32,000 nt of DNA from Candidatus Micrarchaeum sp. (GCF_016806735.1 NZ_CP060530.1:60001-92000); one strand, 5' to 3'. Shown: positions 1-9,103, numbered from the stretch's first letter. A program made the numbers and translations. The notes: a model not told the origin generated them from the sequence alone.

Positions 1-2025
1 TTCGACAATACCGAGGAAGAGCCATCAGTGCTGCCTTCCAAGGTGCCGAATCTAATGATAAACGGCTCTTCTGGAATAGCGGTTGGCGTTGCGACAAACA
101 TACTGCCGCACAATCTGGGAGAGGTGTGCGACGCCATAATGGCTTACATAGCGAATCCCGAAATAGCGCCGATTGACCTTATGGGTTATATCAAAGGCCC
201 GGATTTCCCGACAGGAGGCATAGCGTTTATGAGCCCGGAGCTCAAAAGGTCCTACCTTGCAGGAAGGGGAAGCGTTATACTCAGGGGCAAGGCAGAACTT
301 GAAGAAGGGCACAGGCTAAGGCAGTTCGTCATAAGCGAGATACCCTACACGGTCAACAAGAGCACGCTCGTGGCCAAGATAGCCGAGCTTGGAAAGCAGA
401 AGCTTATAGACGGCATGAGCACGGTGAGGGACGAGAGCGACAAGAAAGGCATGAGAGTAGTCATAGAGCTCAAGCAGGATGCCAATCCCGACGTAGTGCT
501 AAACCAGCTTTACAAGCATACGCAGATGCAGATAACCCTGCCCGTAATGAACATAGCAGTTATGGGCAACAGGCTGCTTACGCTCAACATACGCGATTTC
601 ATAAAGGTGTTCGTGGAGCACAGGATGGAGGTCATACGCGCCAGGACCAGGTACGACCTTGGCGTCGCAACAGACAGGCGCCACATAGTGGAAGGACTGC
701 TTATTGCGCTTAAGGACATTGACGGTGTCATATCCATAATAAAGGCGAGCTCCGACACGAGGGAGGCAAGGGAAACGTTGATGGGCAACTACAGCATAAG
801 CGAGAAGCAGGCAAATGCTATACTCGACATGAAGCTCGCCAGGCTTACAAGGCTGGAGACTACCTCACTTGAGGCCGAAAAAAGCGAGCTGGACAAGAGC
901 ATAAGCTACTACAACAGCGTCCTCGAAAACGAATCCATGGTCTACGGAATAATAAAGGAGGAGACGCTAACGCTCAAGGACAAATACGCAATACCGCGCA
1001 GGACCGAAATAGTGGAGGACGAAGCGCTCAGCATAGAGAATGAGGACCTCATAAAGGACTATCCGTGCGTTGTCTTGATAACAAACAAGGGCTACATGAA
1101 AAGGCTTGACATGGACGCTTACAAGAGCCAGGCCAGGGGAGGCAAGGGAGTCATAACCATGGAGCTCAAGGATGAGGATTTTGTCAGGCAGAGCCTGCAG
1201 TGCATGTCCAAGGACTTCCTGCTTGCCATAACCAACAAGGGCAGGGCATACTGGCTAAAGGCCTATGCGGTGCCCGAGGGCGGCAGATACGGCTCAGGAA
1301 AGGCAGCGGCGAACATGTTCGCCCTTGGAACCGAAGAAAGGATAGAAAAGATAGTCAACACAAGGGAGTTCGAAGGCAAGTACATAAACTTCGTCACCAG
1401 CTCCGGGATAATAAAAAGGAGCATGGCTTCCCTATATTCAAGGCCGCGCTCAACAGGAATCATAGCGCTAAACATAAACGAAGGGGATTCCATAGCCGAG
1501 GTCTGCGTTTCCGATGGCGCTTCGGACATCTTCGTGGCAACCTCCAGCGGCAAGGCAATAAGGTTCAAGGAGACCGACGCCAGGCCTGTAGGCAGGAATG
1601 CTACAGGAGTCAGGGCCATAAGGCTCAGAAAGGGCGACAAGGTGGTAAACGCAGTAGCGGTGAAGGACGATTCCCTTGTTGCGAGCGTAACCGCAAAGGG
1701 CTACGGCAAGATAACTGAGATTGGAAAGTACAGGCTTCAGCACAGGGGAGGCAAGGGAATAATAAACCTGAAGGTAAACGAAAAGACCGGCAACGTAGTA
1801 AAGGCGCTCTCCTGCGGCATTGATGACAGCATAATACTGGTAAATTCGGCAGGGCTCTCTATACAGTTCAACGCTTCGGAGGTCAGGCAGAGCGGCAGGA
1901 GCGCCAGCGGTGTCAGGCTGATGAGGCTGGAAGAGAATACAATAGTAGTGGACGCCCAGGCAATAAAGAGGCAGGATGAAGAAGATGCCGCAGAATCAGG
2001 CACCCCCGAGCAAAGCCCAGGCTAA
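1..2025 (+). CDS. gyrA: DNA gyrase subunit A, C-terminal ~2/3 (5' end lies outside the window)
   Basis: Frame 1 is open from base 1. [42 protein letters not shown] matches the GyrA/ParC core motif NGxxGIAVGMATNIPPHNL. A GyrA-box-like QARGGKG and repeated beta-pinwheel blades ([27 protein letters not shown]) follow, then an acidic tail. TAA at 2023-2025. Confidence 0.9.
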   Translation, partial: FDNTEEEPSVLPSKVPNLMINGSSGIAVGVATNILPHNLGEVCDAIMAYIANPEIAPIDLMGYIKGPDFPTGGIAFMSPELKRSYLAGRGSVILRGKAELEEGHRLRQFVISEIPYTVNKSTLVAKIAELGKQKLIDGMSTVRDESDKKGMRVVIELKQDANPDVVLNQLYKHTQMQITLPVMNIAVMGNRLLTLNIRDFIKVFVEHRMEVIRARTRYDLGVATDRRHIVEGLLIALKDIDGVISIIKASSDTREARETLMGNYSISEKQANAILDMKLARLTRLETTSLEAEKSELDKSISYYNSVLENESMVYGIIKEETLTLKDKYAIPRRTEIVEDEALSIENEDLIKDYPCVVLITNKGYMKRLDMDAYKSQARGGKGVITMELKDEDFVRQSLQCMSKDFLLAITNKGRAYWLKAYAVPEGGRYGSGKAAANMFALGTEERIEKIVNTREFEGKYINFVTSSGIIKRSMASLYSRPRSTGIIALNINEGDSIAEVCVSDGASDIFVATSSGKAIRFKETDARPVGRNATGVRAIRLRKGDKVVNAVAVKDDSLVASVTAKGYGKITEIGKYRLQHRGGKGIINLKVNEKTGNVVKALSCGIDDSIILVNSAGLSIQFNASEVRQSGRSASGVRLMRLEENTIVVDAQAIKRQDEEDAAESGTPEQSPG

Positions 2026-2052
2026 ATGTTCAAGATACAAAGAGATATTCCC

Positions 2053-3003
2053 TCAGTCCTTTATGCCTTCTGGAGTTACCTTTATTACGCATTCGCCGTC
2101 AGGCATGCTCGGGCTGTCAACGAGCCTGACTATGCGCTTGTCTTCCTTGCTTTTCCTTAGGTACAGCCTGGTTGTGGCTGCGTGGGCGAGTATGTTTCCC
2201 CCAATGGGCGTGGTCGGGTCACCGAAAAGGATTCCGGGATTGTCCATTACCTGATTCGTTATGTAAACGGCCAATGAATATTTGTCAGCGAGTGCCTGGA
2301 GCTTGTGTATGTGCACGTTGAGCTTCTGCTGCCTTTCGCCAAGAGCGCCCCTGCCTATGAACTCTGATCTGAAAAGAGACATGAGAGAGTCTACCACTAT
2401 GAGCTTTATGTTTTTCTCTGGTATTATGCTATCGGCTCTTTCTACAGTAAGTATCTGCTTCTCTGTTGTGGTAGCTCTTACGACTATTATGTTTTGCAGC
2501 ACCTGCTGCTCATCCATCTTCTGCGCCTTTGCCATTTCGGCTATGCGCTCGGGCCTGAACGTGCCCTCTGTGTCAATGAAAAGCACCGCGCCTTCGAGGC
2601 CCCCCTTGTCCCTTGGGAGCTGTACGTTGACAGAAAGCTGAAAGCCGAGCTGGCTCTTGCCGCTGGCGAATTTCCCATATACCTCGGTTATGGCGTTGGT
2701 TTCGACACCGCCGCCTATGAGCTCGTTGAGATCCTTTGAGCCTGTGGTAATCTTGCCGAGCACGTTGCGCCTTTCGAGTATCTGGCCCCCGGTTTCGTAA
2801 TCTATGGTTGTGGCTTCCTGCGCCGCCTGAATGGCTTCCTTGGCCTTTTCGGCGTTTATGCCTGCAAGCTCTGCCAGCTCGTGCGGGGCCGAAACTGCAA
2901 CCTTTTCAAGGGTGTCTATGCCCGCTGCCCTAAGCTTCTCTGCAGTAGTAGGGCCTATTCCGGGCAGGTCCTCGAGCTCCTTGACGGTTTTTTCCTTTGC
3001 CAT
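2053..3003 (-). CDS. radA: DNA repair and recombination protein RadA
   Basis: 316 aa. N-terminal helix-hairpin-helix LEDLPGIGPTTAEKLRAAGI, Walker A GKFASGKSQ, Walker B LIVVDSLMSLFR. Length and layout are typical of archaeal RadA/Rad51. Confidence 0.93.
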   Translation of the reverse strand: MAKEKTVKELEDLPGIGPTTAEKLRAAGIDTLEKVAVSAPHELAELAGINAEKAKEAIQAAQEATTIDYETGGQILERRNVLGKITTGSKDLNELIGGGVETNAITEVYGKFASGKSQLGFQLSVNVQLPRDKGGLEGAVLFIDTEGTFRPERIAEMAKAQKMDEQQVLQNIIVVRATTTEKQILTVERADSIIPEKNIKLIVVDSLMSLFRSEFIGRGALGERQQKLNVHIHKLQALADKYSLAVYITNQVMDNPGILFGDPTTPIGGNILAHAATTRLYLRKSKEDKRIVRLVDSPSMPDGECVIKVTPEGIKD

Positions 3004-3382
3004 ACAATAAGCACCAGCTTAGCATATGTATTTGTTGCGTTATCCATTTATACTATTCGCTAGGCCCAAAAAACACCGTAAATTAAATAGAAATAGTGCC
3101 AGCGTGACATGCACGCTGGCAAGGCGACCAGTTCTTCACGACCTTCCTACAGTAGAGAACCCGTAATATAATATAAAAAGATAAGTTTAAAAAACTTTTG
3201 AAATAGCGGAATATTTATAATTTAAACTATTCGTTTTGACACCAGCAAGGCCTGGTTCTGCCCTCTGTGGCACGCGGAAGAGTGGAGCTTTTATATCTTT
3301 TTGGCTCAAAGTATATCCTTGTATTTGGAAAGCTGCGGCGCATGTGACCCTAGTTTTGCGCCGCGGAGCTAACGGAATCTTA

Positions 3383-4075
3383 ATGACAACTTTTCTGACC
3401 TTGAATGTCAAGGCGACCGTAGTGGCCCTCGCGATGGGGCTAGCTATGCTGCTGCTCGCTTGGCCGAGCTACGGCATCTTCTTCTTCCTTGTCATGCTGT
3501 GGTTCCTGGCAGTATCTGCAATAGTCACGTTCGCAGGAACTACGTACAAGAAGAAGAAGGGGCTCTACGAAAAGCAAAGGGGTGTAAAAAACGTCATTGC
3601 GAATGGCCTTCTGCCGCTCATTTTTGTTGCTGTTTTCGCATTAGGGAGAACTTACCATTATGGTCTGCTGGACCTGTTTGCGCTGGCAGGATTTATAAGT
3701 GCAGTTAGTGCAGTGACAGCAGACAAGTTCAGCAGCGAGCTTGGCGTTTTGGACGGGGAGCCGAGAATGATATTCAATTTCAAGAAGGTGAAAAAGGGCA
3801 CATCCGGAGGCGTTACCGTTTTCGGCCTCGCGATGGGGCTTTTCGGGAGCATTATTGCGAGCGTGACGGTTTTCGCTGCGCCGCAGCTCGGGGTTTTTAT
3901 TCCGAAGTACACGATTTTCCTTATAGTCTTGATCGCAGGGTTCCTTGGCACAGTATTCGATTCTATGCTGGGCTATTTCGAGGATAGAGGAACAGGAAAC
4001 AAATTCACTTCGAACTTTTTCGCTGCGGTTGGAGCTAGCGCCGTTTGCCTTGCTGCGCTCGCCTTTTTAGTTTGA
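3383..4075 (+). CDS. DUF92/TMEM19-family integral membrane protein (family that includes phytyl-phosphate kinase VTE6)
   Basis: Multi-pass membrane protein with KKKGLYEKQRGVKNVIANG, DKFSSELG, GTSGGVT and FDSMLG blocks that I recall as DUF92 hallmarks. ATG 3383 is preferred over the maximal ORF start at 3236, because the first 49 codons are Cys/Arg-rich and non-membrane. Confidence 0.6.
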   Translation: MTTFLTLNVKATVVALAMGLAMLLLAWPSYGIFFFLVMLWFLAVSAIVTFAGTTYKKKKGLYEKQRGVKNVIANGLLPLIFVAVFALGRTYHYGLLDLFALAGFISAVSAVTADKFSSELGVLDGEPRMIFNFKKVKKGTSGGVTVFGLAMGLFGSIIASVTVFAAPQLGVFIPKYTIFLIVLIAGFLGTVFDSMLGYFEDRGTGNKFTSNFFAAVGASAVCLAALAFLV

Positions 4076-4496
4076 TCTGCGGGTTTTTTGATTCGGAAAG
4101 AAGCTTTATCTTCTTCTGTATCGATTGTGGCATTGGTGTGGATTTCCAGTACTGTTTGTTTATTGACACCTGCGTTATGTGGCCTGCACAGATTGCCGTG
4201 CCTCTCACGAATATCTCAAAGTCGAAGCGCAGGACTTTCTCTGAAAGAAGTTTTGGCTTGAGTATTACGGAAAGCTCGTCTCCGAGCTTTGCGGATTTGT
4301 AGTATTTGGCTTCGGATTCCACCACTACGAACCATGTCTTTTCGTCAAGAAGGGGATAGCTTATGCCAAGGGTGTCGTGCATGAAGCCCTCTGCGGCATC
4401 GGTAAAGAATCTGTAGTATCCTGCATAATGGACTATTCCCTGTGCGTCCGTATCGTAGATCCTGACCCTGTCAGTGAAGACTATTTCCTGTGACAT
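4035..4496 (-). CDS. Hotdog-fold acyl-CoA thioesterase (4HBT/YbgC-like)
   Basis: VRIYDTDAQGIVHYAGYYRFF is the YbgC/4HBT catalytic-Asp N-terminal motif. The size (~150 aa) fits. ATG 4496 is chosen because the longer ORF (to 4547) would run into tRNA-Gly. AGGTGG lies 4 nt upstream of this ATG on the minus strand. The 3' end overlaps the convergent DUF92 gene by 41 nt. Confidence 0.75.
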   Translation of the reverse strand: MSQEIVFTDRVRIYDTDAQGIVHYAGYYRFFTDAAEGFMHDTLGISYPLLDEKTWFVVVESEAKYYKSAKLGDELSVILKPKLLSEKVLRFDFEIFVRGTAICAGHITQVSINKQYWKSTPMPQSIQKKIKLLSESKNPQIKLKRRAQQGKRR

Positions 4497-4518
4497 GCAT
4501 CCACCTTTTAGTATGATT

Positions 4519-4606
4519 TGCGCCAACCGGGATTTGAACCCGGGCATTCAGCTTTTTCCAGTTTTGTATGGGAAGCTGATATCCTACCAGGCTAGATTAC
4601 TGGCGC
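4519..4606 (-). tRNA. tRNA-Gly(CCC) with a 15-nt intron at the canonical 37/38 position (intron 4554-4568)
   Basis: The reverse complement folds as acceptor GCGCCAG/TTGGCGC, D arm ATCT..GGAT, anticodon stem TCAGC/GCTGA, loop TT-CCC-A[intron TACAAAACTGGAAAA]A, T arm CCGGG-TTCAAAT-CCCGG and discriminator A. TTCC/GGAA forms the 4-bp central helix, flanked by 3-nt bulges CAT and AAA (BHB-like). Confidence 0.85.
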
Positions 4607-4634
4607 ATGGGAAATGCCCCATAATCTTGCGTGC

Positions 4635-5414
4635 TCATCTTATGTAAGAGGGCTTCGGATTGTTCTCTCCCCCTATCGGCGGGGGCAGCTGCGCAGTGCC
4701 TGAGAGCTGCTTTTCGAGCTCTTTGAGTGCTTTTGCAGTTTCCTTTATCATTGAATCCATGTGCGTGGTGTCTATCTTCATGCCCAGCTTCTTGGTAAGC
4801 AGCTCCAGCACTGCCTTGGCTGCAGCCGGATCCATGTCGAAGAAAGTCGATTCCCCCATAAGGCATACGCCTTCGAGGCCCTCCATCTTTGCAAAAGCGA
4901 GCATTAGCCCAGCCGCACCTATTATGACAGTGTGCGCCTTGCCGAAAAGGACGTTTTCCTTCTCAAATTCCTTTATCGTCTTTTTCGATGTGGCGTTGCC
5001 AAAAACTTTTGGCGAAGACACTACGTTGCCGCTGACATTATAGCCGCCTATGGTGTATATGAAGCTGCCGCCCAGCTTCTCCTTGAAAAATCTTACGAGC
5101 TTGTGGCTCACTTCGTACTGGCCCTCCGGGCTTATGGCTTGAGCATCGCCAGTAAGAACTACGACGTCCTGCTTGCCCTTGCGCCTTATGAGGTAGAACC
5201 TGTTGCTCACTATCCTTATGCCCCCGCTCTTTGTCATGAAGACTTCGTGCGGAAAATGGGGCGAATAGACGGTGGCTATGCGCTCGGCTTTGAACTCCCT
5301 TATTAGGTGCTCTGCTACTAGCTTGCCGACGTTGCCTATTCCGGGCAGGCCAACTATGAGCACTGGGTTCTTGAGCTTGAGATTCTTCTTGTATTTTATA
5401 ACTGTTTTTTCCAT
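4635..5414 (-). CDS. PAC2-family proteasome assembly chaperone (archaeal PbaA/PbaB-like, COG1938)
   Basis: 259 aa. The N-terminal LIVGLPGIGNVGKLVAEHL motif and overall layout are typical of PAC2/COG1938 proteins. It sits at the conserved position downstream of aIF2-alpha in the archaeal L44e operon. Confidence 0.75.
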   Translation of the reverse strand: MEKTVIKYKKNLKLKNPVLIVGLPGIGNVGKLVAEHLIREFKAERIATVYSPHFPHEVFMTKSGGIRIVSNRFYLIRRKGKQDVVVLTGDAQAISPEGQYEVSHKLVRFFKEKLGGSFIYTIGGYNVSGNVVSSPKVFGNATSKKTIKEFEKENVLFGKAHTVIIGAAGLMLAFAKMEGLEGVCLMGESTFFDMDPAAAKAVLELLTKKLGMKIDTTHMDSMIKETAKALKELEKQLSGTAQLPPPIGGENNPKPSYIR

Positions 5415-5421
5415 ACAATCA

Positions 5422-6228
5422 TCAATCGCTGTCGAATATTCCTTCCTTGTCCTTCTTCAGTTTCTCCTTTTCGACTTTGAGCTCAACGTTCTTGAGCTTT
5501 GCGCTTATGGTGCTTACCGCAGACTTTACCTTTTCTTCGGAATCCTTGTAGTCAGCCCCCTCGGCTACCATGTGGTATTTCGGAGAACTTATGTAGGATA
5601 TCTCCACGTCGGCCTTCTCTGCTTCTTTGAGGGCCTCGTTTATCATCGTGACACCATTTTCCGTATCCTCAACGACCATTTCCAGGATGTACGCAACCCT
5701 GTGCTTCTTCTTGGCGTTTTGCTCGTCTATGAATTCCCTGAGCCTGTCCTTGAGCTTCTTAGGCATCTTGGATTCCTTGAAGCGCTTGGTGCCCTCCGAA
5801 AGGTCAAAATATAGCTGCGCGTAACTCCCGAATTCAGACACTATATCGTTGTCTATTTTTTCTTTGTTTTTCTCTTCGCCGGTCTCCTTTATCATTTTCC
5901 CGACAAGTATGGAGAAGCGCTTTTCGAGGTTGTAGGCACCCAGCTTGTCCTTGGCCTCTTTGGGCATTACCTTTTTGATTGAAGCGTCTATCGTGCCCTT
6001 CTGGTTGTCTATGTAGGTTATCTTGCACACCAGCTTTTGGCCGTTGTGCAGAAACTCGTGTATGTTCTTGATCCATCCGGAAGATACTTCCCTTATCGGT
6101 ATAAATACTTCTATACCGTTGTATTCGAGCAGCTTGCAGTATGCGCCGAATTGCATTATCTTAGATACCTGGGCTATGACCAGTTCTCCGGGCCTCGGTG
6201 AATTCCTCTGTTGCTTTTGTTCTGTCAT
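5422..6228 (-). CDS. eif2a: Translation initiation factor aIF2 alpha subunit
   Basis: 268 aa. The N-terminal S1 fold (PGELVIAQVSKIMQFGAYCKLLEYNGIEVFIPIREVSSGWIKNI) is followed by helical and alpha-beta domains. It sits at the conserved position after L44e. Confidence 0.9.
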   Translation of the reverse strand: MTEQKQQRNSPRPGELVIAQVSKIMQFGAYCKLLEYNGIEVFIPIREVSSGWIKNIHEFLHNGQKLVCKITYIDNQKGTIDASIKKVMPKEAKDKLGAYNLEKRFSILVGKMIKETGEEKNKEKIDNDIVSEFGSYAQLYFDLSEGTKRFKESKMPKKLKDRLREFIDEQNAKKKHRVAYILEMVVEDTENGVTMINEALKEAEKADVEISYISSPKYHMVAEGADYKDSEEKVKSAVSTISAKLKNVELKVEKEKLKKDKEGIFDSD

Positions 6229-6233
6229 TCAAA

Positions 6234-6515
6234 TCATATGGCGAATTCCAGCTTCTTCTTGGTCCTCGAACCAAGAACGCGCTCTACCTCGTATTTGCAC
6301 ACCTTGCACTGGAGGAGCACTTTCTGCCTCTTCGCCACCTTGACAACCGTTGCCTGTCCTTTTACCTTTCCGGTTATTCCTTTCAGCTTTCTGGCCCTGC
6401 GCCTTTTTCCGACGTTAAGCCCGCTTTCCTGCTTTTTGGAATATATCACTACTTTGTGCTCAGTGTGTTTACCGCATTTCGGGCAGTAAACGTTGAGTTC
6501 TCTAGCTATCTTCAT
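6234..6515 (-). CDS. rpl44e: Ribosomal protein eL42 (L44e)
   Basis: 93 aa, very basic. Zinc ribbon CPKC...CKVC, and KRRRARKLKG-type basic core. Confidence 0.9.
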   Translation of the reverse strand: MKIARELNVYCPKCGKHTEHKVVIYSKKQESGLNVGKRRRARKLKGITGKVKGQATVVKVAKRQKVLLQCKVCKYEVERVLGSRTKKKLEFAI

Positions 6516-6538
6516 AACATCACTTTATAAGCTCGCGT

Positions 6539-7048
6539 TTATAATTTCTCGTAAACACATAAAGAATTATCTATAAGGAACTTGCTGTCGTTTTTGTCCT
6601 GTACCTCTATAAGCTGGCCTTTTTCTAGCGGCCCGATTTTAGATCCTGAAGGCAAGAACACTTCCGGGAGCTTTTCTATTATTACCCTGAGCTTGTCCTG
6701 CTGTGTTTTTGTTTCTTTGGAGCCGGTTAGTTTGGTGTTGACGTAAAGCTCCATCATCTTATTGTAAAGGTCTGTCTCTATGTCCGTTATTGGGTTTGGC
6801 AGCGGTTTTTTGTACGCAACATACAACGCTACCTTCTGTTTCCTTTTTTCGAATATTTCCGAAACAAGCCTTTCTATGTTTCCTGTCTGTATTTCGGCCT
6901 CTTCGTTCTTTCCAAGATCGGTTTTTGTTCCTTCTACGAATTCTCTTACATCAGAATAAAAATTCTTAGGCAACAGCTGCAACGCGTTGCTTGACCTTTC
7001 TTTTTGCAATACTTCCCATAAAAAATTGTAAGTTATGCCTTCTGCCAT
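6539..7048 (-). CDS. GINS51 (Gins15/Sld5-Psf1-like) DNA replication complex subunit
   Basis: The A-domain pattern (L..L..E......L..LP.NFY.DV..F ... ERLVSEIFEKRKQKV) and the C-terminal B-domain pattern (VIIEKLPEVFLPSGSKIGPLEKGQLIEV...FLID) resemble archaeal Gins51 as I recall it. ATG 7048 (MAEGITY) is preferred; the maximal ORF starts at 7075. Confidence 0.6.
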   Translation of the reverse strand: MAEGITYNFLWEVLQKERSSNALQLLPKNFYSDVREFVEGTKTDLGKNEEAEIQTGNIERLVSEIFEKRKQKVALYVAYKKPLPNPITDIETDLYNKMMELYVNTKLTGSKETKTQQDKLRVIIEKLPEVFLPSGSKIGPLEKGQLIEVQDKNDSKFLIDNSLCVYEKL

Positions 7049-7204
7049 ATTGACCCCACACTTCCAGTATTCCACTACGTATTTTCGAAAAACATTTTTA
7101 ATCCTGAAACTTTCAAGGCGTTGTAATTGTATGTTGTTTTGATTAACTTATATATATAAATAAAACGGCACGATTAGCGGAAGTGCGGGGTGGGAGAGCC
7201 TAGA

Positions 7205-7279
7205 TAGCGAGGGGTGGATTTGAACCACCGATCTCCGGGTTATGAGCCCGGCGGGCACTCCAGACTACCCTACCTCGCT
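7205..7279 (-). tRNA. tRNA-Met(CAT) with initiator-type features
   Basis: Reverse complement: AGCGAGG-TA-GGGT..GCCC-G-CCGGG-CTCATAA-CCCGG-AGATC-GGTGG-TTCAAAT-CCACC-CCTCGCT-A. The A1:U72 pair and three consecutive G:C pairs closing the anticodon stem are the archaeal/eukaryal initiator signatures. Confidence 0.88.
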
Positions 7280-7303
7280 GCAGTGATTGTTTTCGTCGCG
7301 AAA

Positions 7304-7312
7304 CTTAAAATA
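7304..7312 (-). promoter_or_regulatory. TATA-box candidate for tRNA-iMet
   Basis: The minus strand reads TATTTTAAG, centred ~29 nt upstream of the tRNA 5' end (7279). It abuts the TFE stop codon. Confidence 0.4.
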
Positions 7313-7314
7313 GG

Positions 7315-8232
7315 TTAGTGTTGGTCAGAAGAAGCCAGCTTCTCCTGTTCCTGCACGGCTCCGGAAAGCAACTCAGAGGCTTTGCTTCTATCTATTCTAG
7401 AAAGCTGTTTGCTGCATATGTTGCATTTGAATCCTGATTCGTAGGCTGCGTCAAACGTAAATATGAACTTGTTGTCGTCGTAGCATGACTTGCATATGAA
7501 ATAGTCGTTGCAGTCGTCTTTTAGCGTTGCTTTTTCCGAAGTTGTGTTTTTTACGTAATCGAAGAATTGCGGCACCTTATTGGTATTTATATACCACGCG
7601 AACGAAAGCCATCCTTCGTTGTTCTTCGAAACATTGTAGTTTGTTATTCCGTAGCCCTGCATTATGTTGAGTATGCGCCTTACGGCATTTATTTTCAAGT
7701 CAAGCGCAGCCGCTATCTCCTCGTCGGTTCTCGGGGTTGTAAGGAGGTCAATTACTTCTGAAGCATGCCTGCTGACATTTTTGTTGAGATAGTCTGATAT
7801 TCTAGTGTCTTCGACAAGAGCCTCTATGTATTTCATCGCGTTTGCGGTGTACGTCGCTTCGTCAAGCTCCTTCTGCTTCTTGGCCTTTTCGATAGACTGT
7901 GCTTTCCTGTCGCTTATTGCCTTTACTTCGGTCGGTGCGCTCTTTACAACGTGCTGGGTTTGTTTTGATTTTGGCTTTTCCTGCTGTTTTGCCTTAATAT
8001 TTTTTTTGCCGGATTTCACAGCCATGCTCCTTTTCGTCTCGGCAGTATTTTTCTTTATTGGTTTAGCGTTTGTTTTATGCTTTGCTGCAAATCTGGCCTT
8101 AGTCGGATTTTTCTTTGCCTTTGAAATTGCCTTATGCTTCTGCGCAGGTCTTGTCCCTGCCTTGCCTTTAATATGGGTCGCTTTTTTGTTAGTTTTTTGC
8201 ATAATTAGCACCGCAACGGGTTTAGCGTTCAA
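7315..8232 (-). CDS. tfe: Transcription factor E alpha (TFIIE-alpha homolog) with Lys-rich N-terminal extension
   Basis: The C-terminal 173 aa form a winged helix (EVIDLLTTPRTDEEIAAALDLKINAVRRILNIMQGYGI) plus a zinc ribbon (CKSC...CNIC), a typical TFE. The same frame stays open for 132 more codons upstream (K/A-rich). The maximal start is TTG 8232, the first ATG is at 8202, and the canonical-size start would be ATG 7836. Confidence 0.85.
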   Translation of the reverse strand: MNAKPVAVLIMQKTNKKATHIKGKAGTRPAQKHKAISKAKKNPTKARFAAKHKTNAKPIKKNTAETKRSMAVKSGKKNIKAKQQEKPKSKQTQHVVKSAPTEVKAISDRKAQSIEKAKKQKELDEATYTANAMKYIEALVEDTRISDYLNKNVSRHASEVIDLLTTPRTDEEIAAALDLKINAVRRILNIMQGYGITNYNVSKNNEGWLSFAWYINTNKVPQFFDYVKNTTSEKATLKDDCNDYFICKSCYDDNKFIFTFDAAYESGFKCNICSKQLSRIDRSKASELLSGAVQEQEKLASSDQH

Positions 8233-8596
8233 GCGTTTAGTTATTATGGCTTTTATATTATTTAAATCTATCCCAAAAATCCCTTGAAAATGCGTTTAAA
8301 TGCGCAGAAAACGAGTAAGGATCAAGGGAAGAATTTTTATTGACGTTTTGCCTCTGATTGCTGGTTTATTAGTAATAAATAAAGTCCACATCTGCGCTTC
8401 AGCATATCTGGTACCCTCCACCAAAAGGGCAAATTCCTGTCTAAAAAAGCAGGAATCAAACACAAAAACACAATAATGTTGTAATCGGCCCACATGGCGC
8501 TCAGATACCTACATAGTATTTAATAATTTTCTATAGTAAATAATCAGGCGAACATTCATCTACGACGCGTCCTTACGTGCCGTAATCGTGATTTTC

Positions 8597-9103
8597 ATGG
8601 GAGCGAGTAAATACATAAAGGAGACAATCATAAAAGAGTACAAAGAGAGAAGCCCCGAATACAAGAACAGGCTGGCCGAATGGTCCAAGCAGGACAATAT
8701 AACCAAAGTGGAAAGGCCTTCGAACCTGTCAAGGGCAAGGGAGCTCGGCTACAAGGCCAAGCAGGGCATAGTAGTAGTGCGCGCTGCGGTAAGAAAAGGA
8801 AACAGAAAGAGGCAAACGGTTGGGGGCGGCAGAAAGCCTTCAAAGAGCGCAAGGTTTATATCAAGGCACAAGAACATGCAGATGATAGCAGAAGAACGAG
8901 CATCAAAGAAGTTCTCAAACTACGAAGTGCTCAATTCATATTTTGTGGGTGAAACCGGAACCACAAGATTCTATGAGGTCATACTTGTGTCCAAGCAGGA
9001 CAACGGCATAAAGAGAGATGCCGTATATGCCCCTGTAGCTGCCCAGAGCGGCAGGGCCAACAGGGCACTTACATCTTCAGGAAAGAAGTCAAGAGGCTTA
9101 TGA
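8597..9103 (+). CDS. rpl15e: Ribosomal protein eL15 (L15e)
   Basis: MGASKYIKE...RPSNLSRARELGYKAKQGIVVVRAAVRKG matches the eL15 signature. ATG 8597 is preferred over GTG 8588. Confidence 0.92.
   Translation: MGASKYIKETIIKEYKERSPEYKNRLAEWSKQDNITKVERPSNLSRARELGYKAKQGIVVVRAAVRKGNRKRQTVGGGRKPSKSARFISRHKNMQMIAEERASKKFSNYEVLNSYFVGETGTTRFYEVILVSKQDNGIKRDAVYAPVAAQSGRANRALTSSGKKSRGL

Noticed and set aside
4635-4646. HbYX proteasome-activating motif at the PAC2 protein C-terminus
   Set aside because: The protein ends in ...SYIR. The Tyr is antepenultimate rather than penultimate, so it does not fit Hb-Y-X.
7805-8287. 160-aa + strand ORF rich in Phe/Leu/Ala
   Set aside because: It is the complement of the Lys-rich (AAA/AAG) TFE extension, so its TTT/CTT codons give a pseudo-hydrophobic protein. 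There is no independent support.
8296-8493. 65-aa ORF in the TFE/L15e intergenic region, and a 7-bp hairpin at 8433-8456
   Set aside because: The ORF has no start context or recognisable features and lies in a divergent promoter region. The hairpin (ATTCCTG/CAGGAAT, 10-nt loop) is too weak to interpret.
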